From Escherichia coli (GTDB lineage: Bacteria > Pseudomonadota > Gammaproteobacteria > Enterobacterales > Enterobacteriaceae): a stretch of 64,000 nt of DNA. Below, piece by piece: positions 36,409 to 48,392 of the stretch. The position numbers and the translations under genes were made by a program. The stretch lies in the NCBI RefSeq assembly GCF_030013205.1, contig NZ_CP122648.1. One strand, given 5' to 3'. Position 1 is the first letter of the stretch; each line of letters begins with the position of its first letter. The notes under the pieces are model-generated. The model was not told the origin of the DNA. It searched no databases and saw only the letters and a list, made by a program, of their open reading frames with translations.

Positions 36409-38109
36409 TTACATCAGCTGACTTTCCTCACCCTCCGCGGAGCGAAAGCTAATACTCACTAACGTGCCGCCGCCGGAAGGTTGTGAAAAAGTCAGCGTCC
36501 CACCCAGCCGTTCCGCGCGCTCGCGCATGATATTCAGGCCATAATGGCCTTCGGGTTCTTTCGGTTCACCGATGCCAATCCCGTTGTCGCGAATATAGAC
36601 TGTGTGATTGCCATCCGGCGCGGTGACGCAGCTAACGGCGATTTCGCTGGCGTTGGCGTGCTTCATCGCATTCAACACCGCTTCGCGAATAATTTGCAAC
36701 AAATGCACCTGCATTTGCGCATCCAGCGCCAGGGTTGGCAGACGGCAGTCGAGGGTCAGTTTGGCGCTGGTTTGATTTTGTAACGTATCCAGCATTTCCC
36801 TCAACGCGGAGGGGAGATCCGCCTGCTGCAGCGTCAGGCGGAAAGTAGTTAACAGCTCGCGTAACTGCCGATAAGCATCATTCAACGCCTGGGAAAAATC
36901 GGCCATGATACTTTGTGCGGTGGCATTATCTTCCGGTATCGAACGCTTCAGTAACGTCAACTGGATACGTAAGTAAGAAAGTACCTGAGCCAGCGAGTCG
37001 TGCAATTCGCGGGCGATGGTCGCACGTTCTTCCATCAACAATAACTGCTGAAAATGCTTCTGCGCCTGATTAAAGTACAAACCGCGTCCCAGCATCGACG
37101 AAACGCTGTTAAGCAGCGGTTCTGATGATGAAACGTGACTATTTTGCCAGTGCAGTTCGCCGTAAACCGTCTCTTGCATTGTCACCGGTAAAATCTGCAT
37201 CGGCAATTCCGGGTTTGGCTGCCCTTCGCTAATCCGCCAGTTTTCACCGACATTTAACTCCAGATATTCAGCCGCTTCGTTGTCGCGCACAATCTGCAAA
37301 ATATGGCGGAAACAATGCACATCAATCTGGCTGGTGTTCAGCGCCTGCGAACACTGATACAACACCTCCAGGCGACGCTTGGCCTCGTGGAGATCGCGGG
37401 TCTTTTCTTCTACTGACGCCTCCAGCGAACGGTACAATTTATGCAGCTCGCTCGACATCTGGTTAAAGGTTTTGGCAAGCAGGCCAAGCTCATTCGGCAG
37501 GCTGGTATCCAGCGGTGGCGAGTCGAACTGCCCGTGTTCAATACGCTGACTGGCGGTAACCAGCTGATTCAGCGGGGCAACCACCTGATGGCGTATGCGG
37601 CGCAAAGTAAAAAAGACCAGCGTGAAAATACCGATGCCGCCAGCCAGGGAAATTGCCACCACCAGCAGCATTTTGCGTTCAGCGTAGTGCTGTAAAGCCA
37701 GCACGAACAGGTCTATCTGATTAACATAGTTATTAATATTGGCCTGATACCACGGCAAGTCGCCCTTGCTGAGCCGATTATTCATCTCCAGCCAGTTGGC
37801 ATTCAGATGCGCATAGCGGGTTTTTACTGCCTCTGGCACATACCAGACGTTGAGATTGGTTAATACCGGTGAATGCAGTGCCTGCTGAAATAACTGGCGA
37901 TGTGCATTGAGTTGTGGACTGCCACTTTGCAAGTCGTAGCCCAGGCGGTAACTCTGCATACGCAGCGATCCGGCAATATTGATAGCCTCAGCATCGCGCA
38001 AACTGCTCGCCAGAGTTAGCAGAGCGATACCCGTGGAAAGAATCGACAGCAGGACAATGTAAAAAAAGGCCCGGGCCAGACTGGCCGAGACGGGTCGTTT
38101 AACAATCAC
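36409..38109 (-). CDS. narQ: nitrate/nitrite sensor histidine kinase
   Basis: 566 aa from GTG (M)IVKRPVSASLARAFF; two TM, HAMP, H-box ELHDSLAQ, ATPase domain. Confidence 0.92.
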   Translation of the reverse strand: MIVKRPVSASLARAFFYIVLLSILSTGIALLTLASSLRDAEAINIAGSLRMQSYRLGYDLQSGSPQLNAHRQLFQQALHSPVLTNLNVWYVPEAVKTRYAHLNANWLEMNNRLSKGDLPWYQANINNYVNQIDLFVLALQHYAERKMLLVVAISLAGGIGIFTLVFFTLRRIRHQVVAPLNQLVTASQRIEHGQFDSPPLDTSLPNELGLLAKTFNQMSSELHKLYRSLEASVEEKTRDLHEAKRRLEVLYQCSQALNTSQIDVHCFRHILQIVRDNEAAEYLELNVGENWRISEGQPNPELPMQILPVTMQETVYGELHWQNSHVSSSEPLLNSVSSMLGRGLYFNQAQKHFQQLLLMEERATIARELHDSLAQVLSYLRIQLTLLKRSIPEDNATAQSIMADFSQALNDAYRQLRELLTTFRLTLQQADLPSALREMLDTLQNQTSAKLTLDCRLPTLALDAQMQVHLLQIIREAVLNAMKHANASEIAVSCVTAPDGNHTVYIRDNGIGIGEPKEPEGHYGLNIMRERAERLGGTLTFSQPSGGGTLVSISFRSAEGEESQLM

Positions 38110-38314
38110 ACGCGTCTTCTCCACAAAAAATCATTAATGTTCCAGTTCGCTGAAACGCAATTTAGTCAGTGATGGGATTATTTGATCTGCCACAGTTTAT
38201 AGCGAAATAGTTACTTATTCTGGGCACATGAACATTGCCGATTCCCCTGTAAGTCGGGTAATAACAACACTCATATAAAGAATAAGGTTTTTACAACCAA
38301 AAAAGAAGGTCGTT

Positions 38315-40296
38315 ATGAATCGTTTTATTATGGCCAACAGTCAGCAATGTCTGGGTTGTCATGCTTGTGAAATCGCCTGTGTCATGGCTCACAATGATGA
38401 ACAACATGTCTTGAGCCAACACCATTTTCATCCCCGAATTACGGTTATCAAACATCAGCAGCAACGTAGTGCAGTGACCTGTCACCATTGCGAAGATGCG
38501 CCCTGCGCCCGTAGCTGCCCTAATGGCGCAATCAGCCACGTTGATGACAGCATTCAGGTCAATCAGCAAAAGTGTATTGGCTGTAAATCCTGCGTGGTGG
38601 CCTGTCCATTTGGTACGATGCAAATCGTCCTGACACCCGTCGCGGCGGGCAAAGTAAAAGCCACGGCGCATAAATGCGACCTTTGTGCAGGGCGCGAAAA
38701 CGGTCCTGCCTGTGTCGAGAATTGCCCGGCGGACACGCGCTGCAACTGGTCACTGACGCCGCACTCTCTGGCATGGCGAAATCCCGCCGCTTGCGCACCG
38801 CACGTCAGGAGCATCAACCGTGGCATGCCAGTACCGCGGCACAAGAAATGCCGGTAATGAGTAAAGTCGAGCAAATGCAGGCAACGCCCGCGCGTGGCGA
38901 GCCGGATAAACTGGCGATTGAAGCGCGCAAAACCGGTTTTGATGAAATTTATCTGCCATTCCGTGCCGATCAGGCACAACGGGAAGCCTCGCGCTGCCTT
39001 AAGTGCGGCGAGCACAGCGTTTGTGAATGGACCTGCCCGCTGCATAACCATATTCCACAGTGGATTGAACTGGTGAAAGCCGGAAACATCGACGCCGCCG
39101 TCGAGCTTTCTCACCAGACCAACACCCTGCCGGAAATTACCGGACGCGTTTGTCCGCAAGACCGTTTGTGTGAAGGTGCCTGTACTATTCGCGATGAGCA
39201 CGGCGCAGTAACTATCGGCAACATTGAACGCTACATTTCAGATCAGGCGTTGGCGAAAGGTTGGCGTCCTGACTTAAGCCTTGTCACCAAAGTGGACAAG
39301 CGGGTGGCGATTATCGGTGCGGGTCCGGCAGGGCTGGCCTGTGCGGATGTTCTGACCCGCAATGGCGTGGCGGTGACGGTGTACGATCGCCATCCAGAAA
39401 TCGGTGGCTTGCTCACTTTCGGCATTCCTTCTTTCAAACTGGATAAATCCCTGCTGGCACGCCGTCGGGAAATCTTCAGCGCGATGGGGATTCACTTCGA
39501 ACTCAATTGTGAAGTGGGTAAAGATGTCTCTTTGGATTCGCTTTTGGAACAATACGACGCGGTCTTCGTTGGCGTAGGCACTTACCGTTCCATGAAAGCG
39601 GGTTTACCCAATGAAGATGCGCCGGGCGTTTATGACGCCCTGCCGTTCCTCATCGCCAACACTAAACAGGTGATGGGACTCGAAGAGCTACCGGAAGAGC
39701 CGTTTATCAATACCGCCGGACTCAACGTCGTGGTACTGGGCGGCGGCGACACCGCGATGGACTGTGTGCGTACTGCGCTGCGCCACGGCGCGAGTAACGT
39801 CACCTGCGCTTATCGTCGTGATGAAGCTAACATGCCAGGCTCGAAGAAAGAGGTGAAGAACGCCCGCGAAGAGGGGGCCAACTTCGAATTTAACGTCCAG
39901 CCGGTGGCGCTTGAGCTGAATGAACAAGGTCACGTTTGCGGGATTCGTTTCCTGCGTACGCGTCTTGGCGAGCCGGATGCCCAGGGGCGTCGGCGTCCAG
40001 TACCGGTGGAAGGCAGTGAATTTGTCATGCCAGCCGACGCGGTGATTATGGCGTTTGGCTTCAATCCGCACGGGATGCCGTGGCTGGAGTCGCACGGTGT
40101 AACGGTAGACAAATGGGGCCGCATCATCGCGGATGTGGAAAGCCAGTACCGTTATCAGACCACGAATCCGAAAATCTTCGCCGGTGGTGACGCCGTGCGT
40201 GGTGCGGATCTGGTGGTTACCGCAATGGCAGAAGGACGTCATGCGGCACAGGGGATTATTGACTGGCTGGGGGTAAAATCAGTCAAATCTCACTGA
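38315..40296 (+). pseudogene. aegA: anaerobically expressed oxidoreductase AegA (ferredoxin + GltD-like flavoprotein) with apparent 2-nt insertion frameshift near 38733..38737
   Basis: Two overlapping ORFs in different frames (38315..38857 and 38674..40296) together span 1982 nt; N-terminal part has 4 CxxCxxCxxxCP motifs, C-terminal part GltD/NAD(P)-binding; junction reads ...ENCPAD|acac|...ALQLVTDAALSG. Confidence 0.65.
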
Positions 40297-40363
40297 TAGC
40301 CTGCGCAGACAAACCCGGCTTCACAGCGTAAGATAATTGTTCATTTCGCGCTGTGGAGTCGGT

Positions 40364-40939
40364 ATGACGCAACAAATCACCCTCATTAAAGACAAAATTC
40401 TCTCCGATAACTATTTCACCCTGCACAACATTACTTACGATCTCACGCGCAAAGATGGCGAAGTTATCCGCCATAAACGTGAAGTTTACGATCGCGGTAA
40501 TGGTGCGACGATCCTCCTGTACAACGCGAAGAAAAAGACTGTGGTTCTGATTCGTCAGTTCCGTGTCGCTACCTGGGTTAATGGCAATGAAAGCGGGCAG
40601 CTGATTGAAACCTGCGCCGGGCTGCTGGATAACGACGAACCGGAAGTGTGCATTCGCAAAGAAGCGATTGAAGAGACGGGCTATGAAGTGGGCGAAGTGC
40701 GCAAATTATTTGAACTGTATATGTCGCCAGGCGGTGTGACTGAGCTAATCCACTTTTTTATCGCCGAATACAGTGACAATCAGCGCGCTAACGCCGGTGG
40801 CGGTGTCGAAGATGAAGATATTGAAGTGCTCGAGCTGCCGTTCAGCCAGGCGCTGGAGATGATCAAAACCGGCGAGATACGTGACGGTAAGACGGTGTTA
40901 TTGCTTAACTATTTGCAAATGTCACATTTAATGGACTGA
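40364..40939 (+). CDS. nudK: GDP-mannose pyrophosphatase (Nudix hydrolase)
   Basis: 191 aa starting [18 protein letters not shown]; Nudix box [22 protein letters not shown]. Confidence 0.9.
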   Translation: MTQQITLIKDKILSDNYFTLHNITYDLTRKDGEVIRHKREVYDRGNGATILLYNAKKKTVVLIRQFRVATWVNGNESGQLIETCAGLLDNDEPEVCIRKEAIEETGYEVGEVRKLFELYMSPGGVTELIHFFIAEYSDNQRANAGGGVEDEDIEVLELPFSQALEMIKTGEIRDGKTVLLLNYLQMSHLMD

Positions 40940-41064
40940 AAAATAACAATAATATTTCGTTGTTTATTATTGGCTCAATCCGACAAATCTGATTGAGCCG
41001 CGCTACCTGCGCAACGAAGATACGACTTGTGCTGTTTGTTTGAACTTCTGGGGTCGTACCGTCC

Positions 41065-42108
41065 ATGCGCTATCGCATTTTCCTTCTCTTTTTTTTCGCT
41101 TTGTTGCCGACGTCTTTGGTGTGGGCGGCACCAGCGCAACGGGCGTTTTCCGACTGGCAGGTCACCTGTAATAACCAAAACTTCTGCGTGGCGCGTAATA
41201 CGGGCGATCATAACGGACTGGTGATGACCCTGAGCCGCAGCGCCGGGGCGCATACCGATGCCGTTTTACGTATTGAGCGCGGCGGGTTGAAGTCGCCGGA
41301 TGCGTCTGAAGGGGAGATAGCGCCACGGCTGCTGTTAGATGGTGAGCCGTTGGCATTAAGTGGTGACAAGTGGCGGATTTCACCATGGTTATTAGTAACG
41401 GATGATCCGGCAACCCTCACCGCGTTTTTGCAGCTGATTCAGGAAGGGAAGGCGATCACCTTACGCGACGGCAATCAGACCATTTCTCTGAGTGGCTTAA
41501 AAGCGGCGTTGTTGTTTATAGATGCTCAGCAAAAGCGCGTTGGCAGTGAAACCGCGTGGATAAAGAAAGGGGATGAACCGCCGCTCAGCGTACCGCCCGC
41601 GCCTGCGCTGAAAGAGGTCGCGGTGGTTAACCCAACGCCGACGCCACTCTCACTCGAAGAACGCAACGATTTGCTGGATTATGGAAACTGGCGGATGAAT
41701 GGTCTGCGCTGCTCGCTTGATCCGTTACGTCGTGAGGTGAATGTCACTGCGCTGACCGATGATAAAGCACTGATGATGATTAGCTGTGAGGCAGGGGCCT
41801 ATAACACCATTGATTTGGCATGGATTGTGTCGCGTAAAAAGCCGCTAGCCTCGCGCCCGGTTCGGTTGCGTTTGCCGTTCAACAATGGTCAGGAGACGAA
41901 TGAACTGGAACTGATGAACGCAACATTCGATGAGAAATCGCGTGAACTGGTGACCTTAGCGAAAGGGCGCGGATTAAGCGATTGTGGCATTCAGGCGCGC
42001 TGGCGCTTTGACGGTCAGCGTTTTCGCCTGGTGCGTTACGCCGCAGAACCCACCTGCGATAACTGGCATGGGCCAGACGCCTGGCCCACGTTATGGATCA
42101 CCCGTTAA
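41065..42108 (+). CDS. ypfG: DUF1176 periplasmic protein of unknown function
   Basis: 347 aa, cleavable signal peptide (LLPTSLVWAAP), several Cys. Confidence 0.8.
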   Translation: MRYRIFLLFFFALLPTSLVWAAPAQRAFSDWQVTCNNQNFCVARNTGDHNGLVMTLSRSAGAHTDAVLRIERGGLKSPDASEGEIAPRLLLDGEPLALSGDKWRISPWLLVTDDPATLTAFLQLIQEGKAITLRDGNQTISLSGLKAALLFIDAQQKRVGSETAWIKKGDEPPLSVPPAPALKEVAVVNPTPTPLSLEERNDLLDYGNWRMNGLRCSLDPLRREVNVTALTDDKALMMISCEAGAYNTIDLAWIVSRKKPLASRPVRLRLPFNNGQETNELELMNATFDEKSRELVTLAKGRGLSDCGIQARWRFDGQRFRLVRYAAEPTCDNWHGPDAWPTLWITR

Positions 42109-42146
42109 ACAAAATCCCAGATGCGCCCCTAAAAAGCGCACGGAGC

Positions 42147-42187
42147 GTCCCCTCGCCCCTCTGGGGAGAGGGTTAGGGTGAGGGGAA
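42147..42187. repeat. GC-rich palindromic intergenic repeat (copy 1), box-C-like
   Basis: gtcccctcgcccctctggggagagggttagggtgaggggaaca; near-identical copy at 55540..55582. Confidence 0.7.
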
Positions 42188-42210
42188 CATACAGCATCCG
42201 GCGATCACCA

Positions 42211-44214
42211 TCAGGCACCTTTCACTCCCAGCACCTTATGCGCTTTTGCCACAATATTCTCGGCGGTAAAGCCAAAGAACGGGAACAGCTTATCCGCCGG
42301 AGCAGATTCCCCATAGCCGGTCATCCCGACAATTGCCCCTTTCAGACCAACATATTTGTACCAGTAATCGGCGATGCCTGCTTCCACCGCCACGCGAGCC
42401 GCAACGTTAGAAGGCAACACCGACTCCCGATATTCCTCATCCTGGGCGTCGAAAATATCGGTCGAGGGCAGCGAAACTACGCGTACATTGCGACCTTCTC
42501 CTGCTAATTTCTCTGCCGCTTGCAGGGTGATTTCCATCTCTGAACCGGTGGCAATCAGAATAATATCCGGCTTGCCGCCGCTGTCTTTCAACACATAACC
42601 ACCACGAGCAATCTCTTTAACCTGATCCGGCGTACGTTCCACCTGGGCCAGATTCTGCCTGGAGAGGATCAGTGCCGTCGGTCCGTTGTGGCGCTCAACC
42701 GCCAGCTTCCAGCCCACCGCTGCTTCCACCTGATCGCACGGTCGCCAGGTGCTGAAATTTGGCGTTAAGCGCAGACTGGCCAGTTGCTCAACAGCCTGGT
42801 GCGTAGGACCATCTTCGCCCAGGCCAATTGAGTCGTGGGTATAAACCATAATCTGCCGCGCTTTCATCAGTGCCGCCATCCGCGCGGCGTTACGGGCGTA
42901 TTCAACAAACATCAGGAACGTCGCGGTATACGGCACAAAGCCGCCGTGGTGCGCAATGCCGTTGGCGATAGCGGTCATGCCAAATTCACGCACCCCGTAG
43001 TGAATGTAGTTGCCCGCCGGATCTTCCTTCAGCGAAACAGAACCTTTCCAGATGGTCAGGTTGCTGGGAGCCAGATCCGCCGAACCGCCGAGCAACTCCG
43101 GTAGCATAGGTCCGTAAGCGTTAAGCGTATTTTGCGAAGCCTTACGGGTAGCGATTTTCGCCGGATTCGCCTGCAATTCATTGATATATTTCTGAGTCGT
43201 TTTCTCCCAGTCCTTCGGCAAACCGCCGCTCATCCGACGGGTAAACTCTTCTGCCAGTTGCGGATGGGCCTTTTTATAGGCGGCAAACTTCTCATTCCAG
43301 CTCTGCTGCGCTTTTTCGCCTTTTTCGCGGGCATCCCAGGCGTGATAAATCTCTTTAGGGATCTCAAATGGCGGATGGTGCCAGCCCAGTTTTTGCCGTG
43401 CCAGCGCCACTTCTTCTTCCCCCAGCGGTGCGCCGTGCGCCTCTTCCTTACCTGCTTTATTCGGCGAACCAAAGCCAATTACTGTGCGGCAGATAATCAG
43501 CGACGGCTTATCTTTCACGCTTTGCGCTTCAAGGATCGCTTTCTTCACCGCCTGCGGATCGTGACCGTCGATTTCATGGATCACATGCCAGTGATAGGCT
43601 TCAAAACGTTTTGCTGTATCGTCGGTAAACCAGCCTTCGGTTTCACCGTCGATGGAAATACCGTTGTGATCGTAAAAACCAATCAGTTTGCCCAGCCCCA
43701 GCGTGCCCGCCAGCGAACAGACTTCGTGGGAAATACCTTCCATCAGGCAACCGTCGCCCATAAACACATAGGTGAAGTGATCGACAATTTCATGATCCGG
43801 CTGGTTAAACTGCGCCGCCAGTGTACGCTCTGCTATCGCCAGCCCGACGGCGTTCGCCAAACCTTGTCCAAGTGGACCGGTGGTGGTTTCAACACCTGGC
43901 GTATAACCAATCTCCGGGTGACCTGGGGTTTTTGAATGCAACTGACGGAAGTTCTTCAGCTCTTCCAGCGGCAGGTCGTAACCGGTCAGATGCAGCAAAC
44001 TGTAGAGCAGCATCGACGCGTGACCGTTGGAAAGAATAAAGCGGTCGCGATCATACCAGGTTGGGTCGGTGGGGTTATGTTTAAGAAAATCGTTCCACAG
44101 CACTTCGGCAATATCAGCCATGCCCATCGGCGCGCCGGGATGACCAGAATTGGCTTTTTGTACCGCATCCATACTGAGTGCGCGAATCGCATTGGCAAGG
44201 TCTTTTCGGGACAT
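42211..44214 (-). CDS. tktB: transketolase 2
   Basis: 667 aa starting [34 protein letters not shown] motif GDGCLMEG. Confidence 0.95.
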   Translation of the reverse strand: MSRKDLANAIRALSMDAVQKANSGHPGAPMGMADIAEVLWNDFLKHNPTDPTWYDRDRFILSNGHASMLLYSLLHLTGYDLPLEELKNFRQLHSKTPGHPEIGYTPGVETTTGPLGQGLANAVGLAIAERTLAAQFNQPDHEIVDHFTYVFMGDGCLMEGISHEVCSLAGTLGLGKLIGFYDHNGISIDGETEGWFTDDTAKRFEAYHWHVIHEIDGHDPQAVKKAILEAQSVKDKPSLIICRTVIGFGSPNKAGKEEAHGAPLGEEEVALARQKLGWHHPPFEIPKEIYHAWDAREKGEKAQQSWNEKFAAYKKAHPQLAEEFTRRMSGGLPKDWEKTTQKYINELQANPAKIATRKASQNTLNAYGPMLPELLGGSADLAPSNLTIWKGSVSLKEDPAGNYIHYGVREFGMTAIANGIAHHGGFVPYTATFLMFVEYARNAARMAALMKARQIMVYTHDSIGLGEDGPTHQAVEQLASLRLTPNFSTWRPCDQVEAAVGWKLAVERHNGPTALILSRQNLAQVERTPDQVKEIARGGYVLKDSGGKPDIILIATGSEMEITLQAAEKLAGEGRNVRVVSLPSTDIFDAQDEEYRESVLPSNVAARVAVEAGIADYWYKYVGLKGAIVGMTGYGESAPADKLFPFFGFTAENIVAKAHKVLGVKGA

Positions 44215-44233
44215 ATAACACTCCGTGGCTGGT

Positions 44234-45184
44234 TTATAGTTTGGCGGCAAGAAGATCTTCCAGTTTGCGTTGATCAACGGCGAACAGACGAATGCCTTCA
44301 GACAGTTTTTCTACCGCCATCGCATCCTGATTGTGCTCCCAACGGAACTCCGCTTCGCTCATGGGAGCTGGGCGTGGGAACGTCTGAGAAGGTGGGATTA
44401 ATTTACGTACCACTGGCGAAACTTTTTCCTGCAGCTCCTTCAGCAAATTCGGTGCGATAGTCAGTCGATCGCAGCCGGTTAAGGCAAGGATTTGTTCGGT
44501 GCGACGGAAGCTCGCGCCCATCACAATGGTTTCATAGTGGTGTTGCTTATAGTAGTCGTAGATATTGCGCACCGATTTAACGCCCGGATCTTCTTCAACC
44601 ACATACGGGTCCATCGGCTTGCGTGCCTGATACCAGTCATAAATACGCCCGACAAACGGCGAAATCAGAAATACGCCTGCTTCTGCACAGGCCCGCGCCT
44701 GGGCAAAAGAAAACAGCAGCGTCAGGTTGCAGTTAATACCTTCTTTTTCCAGCTCTTCTGCCGCGCGAATTCCTTCCCAGGTCGAAGCCAGTTTGATCAG
44801 AATGCGTGATTTCTCAACGCCTTGTTGCTGATACAAGTCCACCAGATGGCGCGCCTTCTCAATACTCTTTTCTTTATCAAAAGAGAGGCGTGCATCAACT
44901 TCTGTTGACACGCGACCGGGTACGATTTTGAGAATTTCAGCACCGAAATTGACCGCCAGTTTGTCACACGCTGCGACCACCTGTTGTTCCTGGGTCTTGC
45001 CATTTTTTTTACCCCAGGCGATAGCATCGTCTATTAAATGCTCATATTGTGATAATCCGGCAGCCTTGAGTAACAGCGAAGGATTGGTGGTGGCATCCTG
45101 GGGATGATAATGGCGAATGGACTCAATATCGCCGCTGTCTGCCACGACAGTAGTGAACTGTTTGATGCCGTCTAACTCGTTCAT
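44234..45184 (-). CDS. talA: transaldolase A
   Basis: 316 aa transaldolase. Confidence 0.95.
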   Translation of the reverse strand: MNELDGIKQFTTVVADSGDIESIRHYHPQDATTNPSLLLKAAGLSQYEHLIDDAIAWGKKNGKTQEQQVVAACDKLAVNFGAEILKIVPGRVSTEVDARLSFDKEKSIEKARHLVDLYQQQGVEKSRILIKLASTWEGIRAAEELEKEGINCNLTLLFSFAQARACAEAGVFLISPFVGRIYDWYQARKPMDPYVVEEDPGVKSVRNIYDYYKQHHYETIVMGASFRRTEQILALTGCDRLTIAPNLLKELQEKVSPVVRKLIPPSQTFPRPAPMSEAEFRWEHNQDAMAVEKLSEGIRLFAVDQRKLEDLLAAKL

Positions 45185-45472
45185 AGGAAATACTCCTTGA
45201 AAAGTAAAGTGTTAGATGAGTGCGTTAATTCACACTTCTGAGAAATTTCGCTAAACGCATCAAAAAAGCATAGCAGACAGGCATGGTATTGCTGGATTAA
45301 GCAGGTAACATCAGTGTTATAGGATTATTACCAAAACATTATATTAATGGTGAGAGTTTGGACTTGCTCAAAGTCTGTAGACTCCGGCAAGGTAATAATG
45401 TGCGCCACGTTGTGGGCAGGGGCTGTTGCCCACACACTTTATTTGTGAACGTTACGTGAAAGGAACAACCAA

Positions 45473-47752
45473 ATGGATGACCAGTTAAAACAAAGTGCAC
45501 TTGATTTCCATGAATTTCCAGTTCCAGGGAAAATCCAGGTTTCTCCAACCAAGCCTCTGGCAACGCAGCGCGATCTGGCGCTGGCCTACTCACCAGGCGT
45601 TGCCGCACCTTGTCTTGAAATCGAAAAAGACCCGTTAAAAGCCTACAAATATACCGCGCGTGGTAACCTGGTGGCGGTGATCTCTAACGGTACGGCAGTG
45701 CTGGGGTTAGGCAACATTGGCGCGCTGGCAGGCAAACCGGTGATGGAAGGCAAGGGCGTTCTGTTTAAGAAATTCGCCGGGATTGATGTATTTGACATTG
45801 AAGTTGATGAACTCGACCCGGACAAATTTATTGAAGTCGTCGCCGCGCTTGAACCGACCTTCGGCGGCATCAACCTCGAAGACATTAAAGCGCCAGAATG
45901 TTTCTATATTGAACAGAAACTGCGCGAGCGGATGAATATTCCGGTATTCCACGACGATCAGCACGGCACGGCAATCATCAGCACTGCCGCCATCCTCAAC
46001 GGTTTGCGCGTGGTGGAGAAAAACATCTCTGACGTGCGAATGGTGGTTTCCGGCGCGGGTGCCGCAGCAATCGCCTGTATGAACCTGCTGGTAGCGCTGG
46101 GTCTGCAAAAACATAACATCGTGGTTTGCGATTCAAAAGGCGTTATCTATCAGGGCCGTGAGCCAAACATGGCGGAAACCAAAGCCGCATATGCGGTGGT
46201 GGATGACGGCAAACGTACCCTCGATGATGTGATTGAAGGCGCGGATATTTTCCTGGGATGTTCCGGCCCGAAAGTGCTGACCCAGGAAATGGTGAAGAAA
46301 ATGGCCCGTGCGCCAATGATCCTGGCGCTGGCGAACCCGGAACCGGAAATTCTGCCGCCGCTGGCGAAAGAAGTGCGTCCGGATGCCATCATCTGTACCG
46401 GCCGTTCCGACTACCCGAACCAGGTGAACAACGTTCTTTGCTTCCCGTTCATCTTCCGTGGCGCGCTGGACGTTGGCGCAACCGCCATCAACGAAGAGAT
46501 GAAACTGGCGGCGGTACGCGCGATTGCAGAACTGGCCCATGCGGAACAGAGTGAAGTGGTGGCTTCAGCTTATGGCGATCAGGATCTGAGCTTTGGTCCG
46601 GAATACATCATTCCAAAACCGTTTGATCCGCGCTTGATCGTTAAGATCGCTCCTGCGGTCGCTAAAGCAGCGATGGAGTCCGGCGTGGCGACGCGTCCGA
46701 TTGCTGATTTCGACGTCTACATCGACAAGCTGACGGAGTTCGTTTACAAAACCAACCTGTTTATGAAGCCGATTTTTTCCCAGGCTCGCAAAGCGCCGAA
46801 GCGCGTCGTTCTGCCGGAAGGTGAAGAGGCGCGCGTTCTGCATGCCACTCAGGAACTGGTAACGCTGGGGCTGGCGAAACCGATCCTTATCGGTCGTCCG
46901 AATGTGATCGAAATGCGCATTCAGAAACTGGGCTTGCAGATCAAAGCGGGCGTTGATTTTGAGATCGTCAATAACGAATCCGATCCGCGCTTTAAGGAGT
47001 ACTGGACCGAATACTTCCAGATCATGAAGCGTCGCGGTGTCACTCAGGAACAGGCGCAGCGTGCATTGATCAGTAACCCGACAGTGATCGGCGCAATCAT
47101 GGTTCAGCGTGGCGAAGCCGATGCAATGATCTGCGGTACGGTGGGCGATTATCATGAACATTTTAGCGTGGTGAAAAATGTCTTTGGTTATCGCGATGGC
47201 GTTCACACCGCAGGTGCCATGAACGCGCTGCTGCTGCCGAGTGGTAACACCTTTATTGCCGATACCTACGTCAATGACGAACCAGACGCAGAAGAGCTGG
47301 CGGAGATCACCTTGATGGCGGCAGAAACTGTTCGTCGTTTTGGTATTGAGCCGCGTGTGGCTCTGTTGTCGCACTCCAACTTTGGTTCTTCTGACTGCCC
47401 GTCGTCGAGCAAAATGCGTCAGGCGCTGGAACTGGTCAGGGAACGTGCACCAGAACTGATGATTGATGGTGAAATGCACGGCGATGCAGCGCTGGTGGAA
47501 GCGATTCGCAATGACCGTATGCCGGACAGCCCTTTGAAAGGTTCCGCTAATATTCTGGTGATGCCGAACATGGAAGCTGCCCGCATTAGTTACAACTTAT
47601 TGCGCGTTTCCAGCTCGGAAGGTGTGACTGTCGGCCCGGTGCTGATGGGTGTGGCGAAACCGGTTCACGTGTTAACGCCGATCGCATCGGTACGTCGTAT
47701 CGTCAACATGGTGGCGCTGGCTGTGGTTGAAGCGCAAACCCAACCGCTGTAA
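45473..47752 (+). CDS. maeB: NADP-dependent malic enzyme
   Basis: 759 aa; malic enzyme domain plus C-terminal phosphotransacetylase-like domain. Confidence 0.95.
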   Translation: MDDQLKQSALDFHEFPVPGKIQVSPTKPLATQRDLALAYSPGVAAPCLEIEKDPLKAYKYTARGNLVAVISNGTAVLGLGNIGALAGKPVMEGKGVLFKKFAGIDVFDIEVDELDPDKFIEVVAALEPTFGGINLEDIKAPECFYIEQKLRERMNIPVFHDDQHGTAIISTAAILNGLRVVEKNISDVRMVVSGAGAAAIACMNLLVALGLQKHNIVVCDSKGVIYQGREPNMAETKAAYAVVDDGKRTLDDVIEGADIFLGCSGPKVLTQEMVKKMARAPMILALANPEPEILPPLAKEVRPDAIICTGRSDYPNQVNNVLCFPFIFRGALDVGATAINEEMKLAAVRAIAELAHAEQSEVVASAYGDQDLSFGPEYIIPKPFDPRLIVKIAPAVAKAAMESGVATRPIADFDVYIDKLTEFVYKTNLFMKPIFSQARKAPKRVVLPEGEEARVLHATQELVTLGLAKPILIGRPNVIEMRIQKLGLQIKAGVDFEIVNNESDPRFKEYWTEYFQIMKRRGVTQEQAQRALISNPTVIGAIMVQRGEADAMICGTVGDYHEHFSVVKNVFGYRDGVHTAGAMNALLLPSGNTFIADTYVNDEPDAEELAEITLMAAETVRRFGIEPRVALLSHSNFGSSDCPSSSKMRQALELVRERAPELMIDGEMHGDAALVEAIRNDRMPDSPLKGSANILVMPNMEAARISYNLLRVSSSEGVTVGPVLMGVAKPVHVLTPIASVRRIVNMVALAVVEAQTQPL

Positions 47753-47769
47753 TTCATTCTTAACTCTCA

Positions 47770-47804
47770 CGCTTACCCTGAATATTCAGGGTAAGCGGTT
47801 TTCC
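47770..47804 (+). terminator. rho-independent terminator after maeB
   Basis: Hairpin cgcttaccctga-atat-tcagggtaagcg followed by gttttcc. Confidence 0.7.
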
Positions 47805-48044
47805 TGAAATATATTAGTAAAGCTTATTACTGAGTTTACGAATAATAAAAAAAGCAGTATATGAAATATCTCGATATTATTTTATTTATATTCATGCGTC
47901 GCATATGAAAGTTTATTCATAACAGTAAATATCTCTCCATTCTTAGTGATCTACCTCACCTTTTAAACGTACTTGCCGAATTTTGTTATTTACTCTGACG
48001 AAAAATTGTCACGATACACGCAAGTTTTTCACAGGCGGCGACTC

Positions 48045-48380
48045 ATGGATAAAGAACGCATCATTCAGGAATTTGTGCCCGGTAAACAAGTCACGCTGGC
48101 GCATCTCATCGCGCATCCCGGCGAGGAACTGGCGAAGAAAATCGGCGTTCCGGATGCTGGCGCAATCGGCATTATGACGCTAACTCCAGGCGAAACGGCG
48201 ATGATCGCCGGTGATTTAGCGCTGAAAGCCGCTGATGTGCATATCGGTTTTCTCGACCGCTTCAGCGGTGCATTGGTGATTTATGGCTCGGTGGGCGCAG
48301 TAGAAGAAGCATTATCACAAACCGTCAGCGGTTTAGGTCGCTTATTAAATTATACGCTTTGTGAAATGACCAAAAGTTAA
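48045..48380 (+). CDS. eutS: BMC shell protein EutS
   Basis: 111 aa starting [22 protein letters not shown]; first gene of eut operon. Confidence 0.9.
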
Positions 48381-48392
48381 TACGAGGCATTC

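Noticed and set aside
38125-38314. FNR/NarL-type sites in the narQ-aegA divergent promoter (ttgatctgccacag, tacttat)
   Set aside because: Matches to consensus are partial and cannot be distinguished from chance by eye; not reported as features.
38563-39201. 212-aa ORF antisense to aegA
   Set aside because: Shadow ORF of the aegA coding region.
43132-43935. 267-aa ORF antisense to tktB
   Set aside because: Antisense shadow ORF inside transketolase; no independent support.
46565-47479. 304-aa ORF antisense to maeB
   Set aside because: Antisense shadow ORF within a conserved gene; composition atypical (Arg/His/Phe rich).
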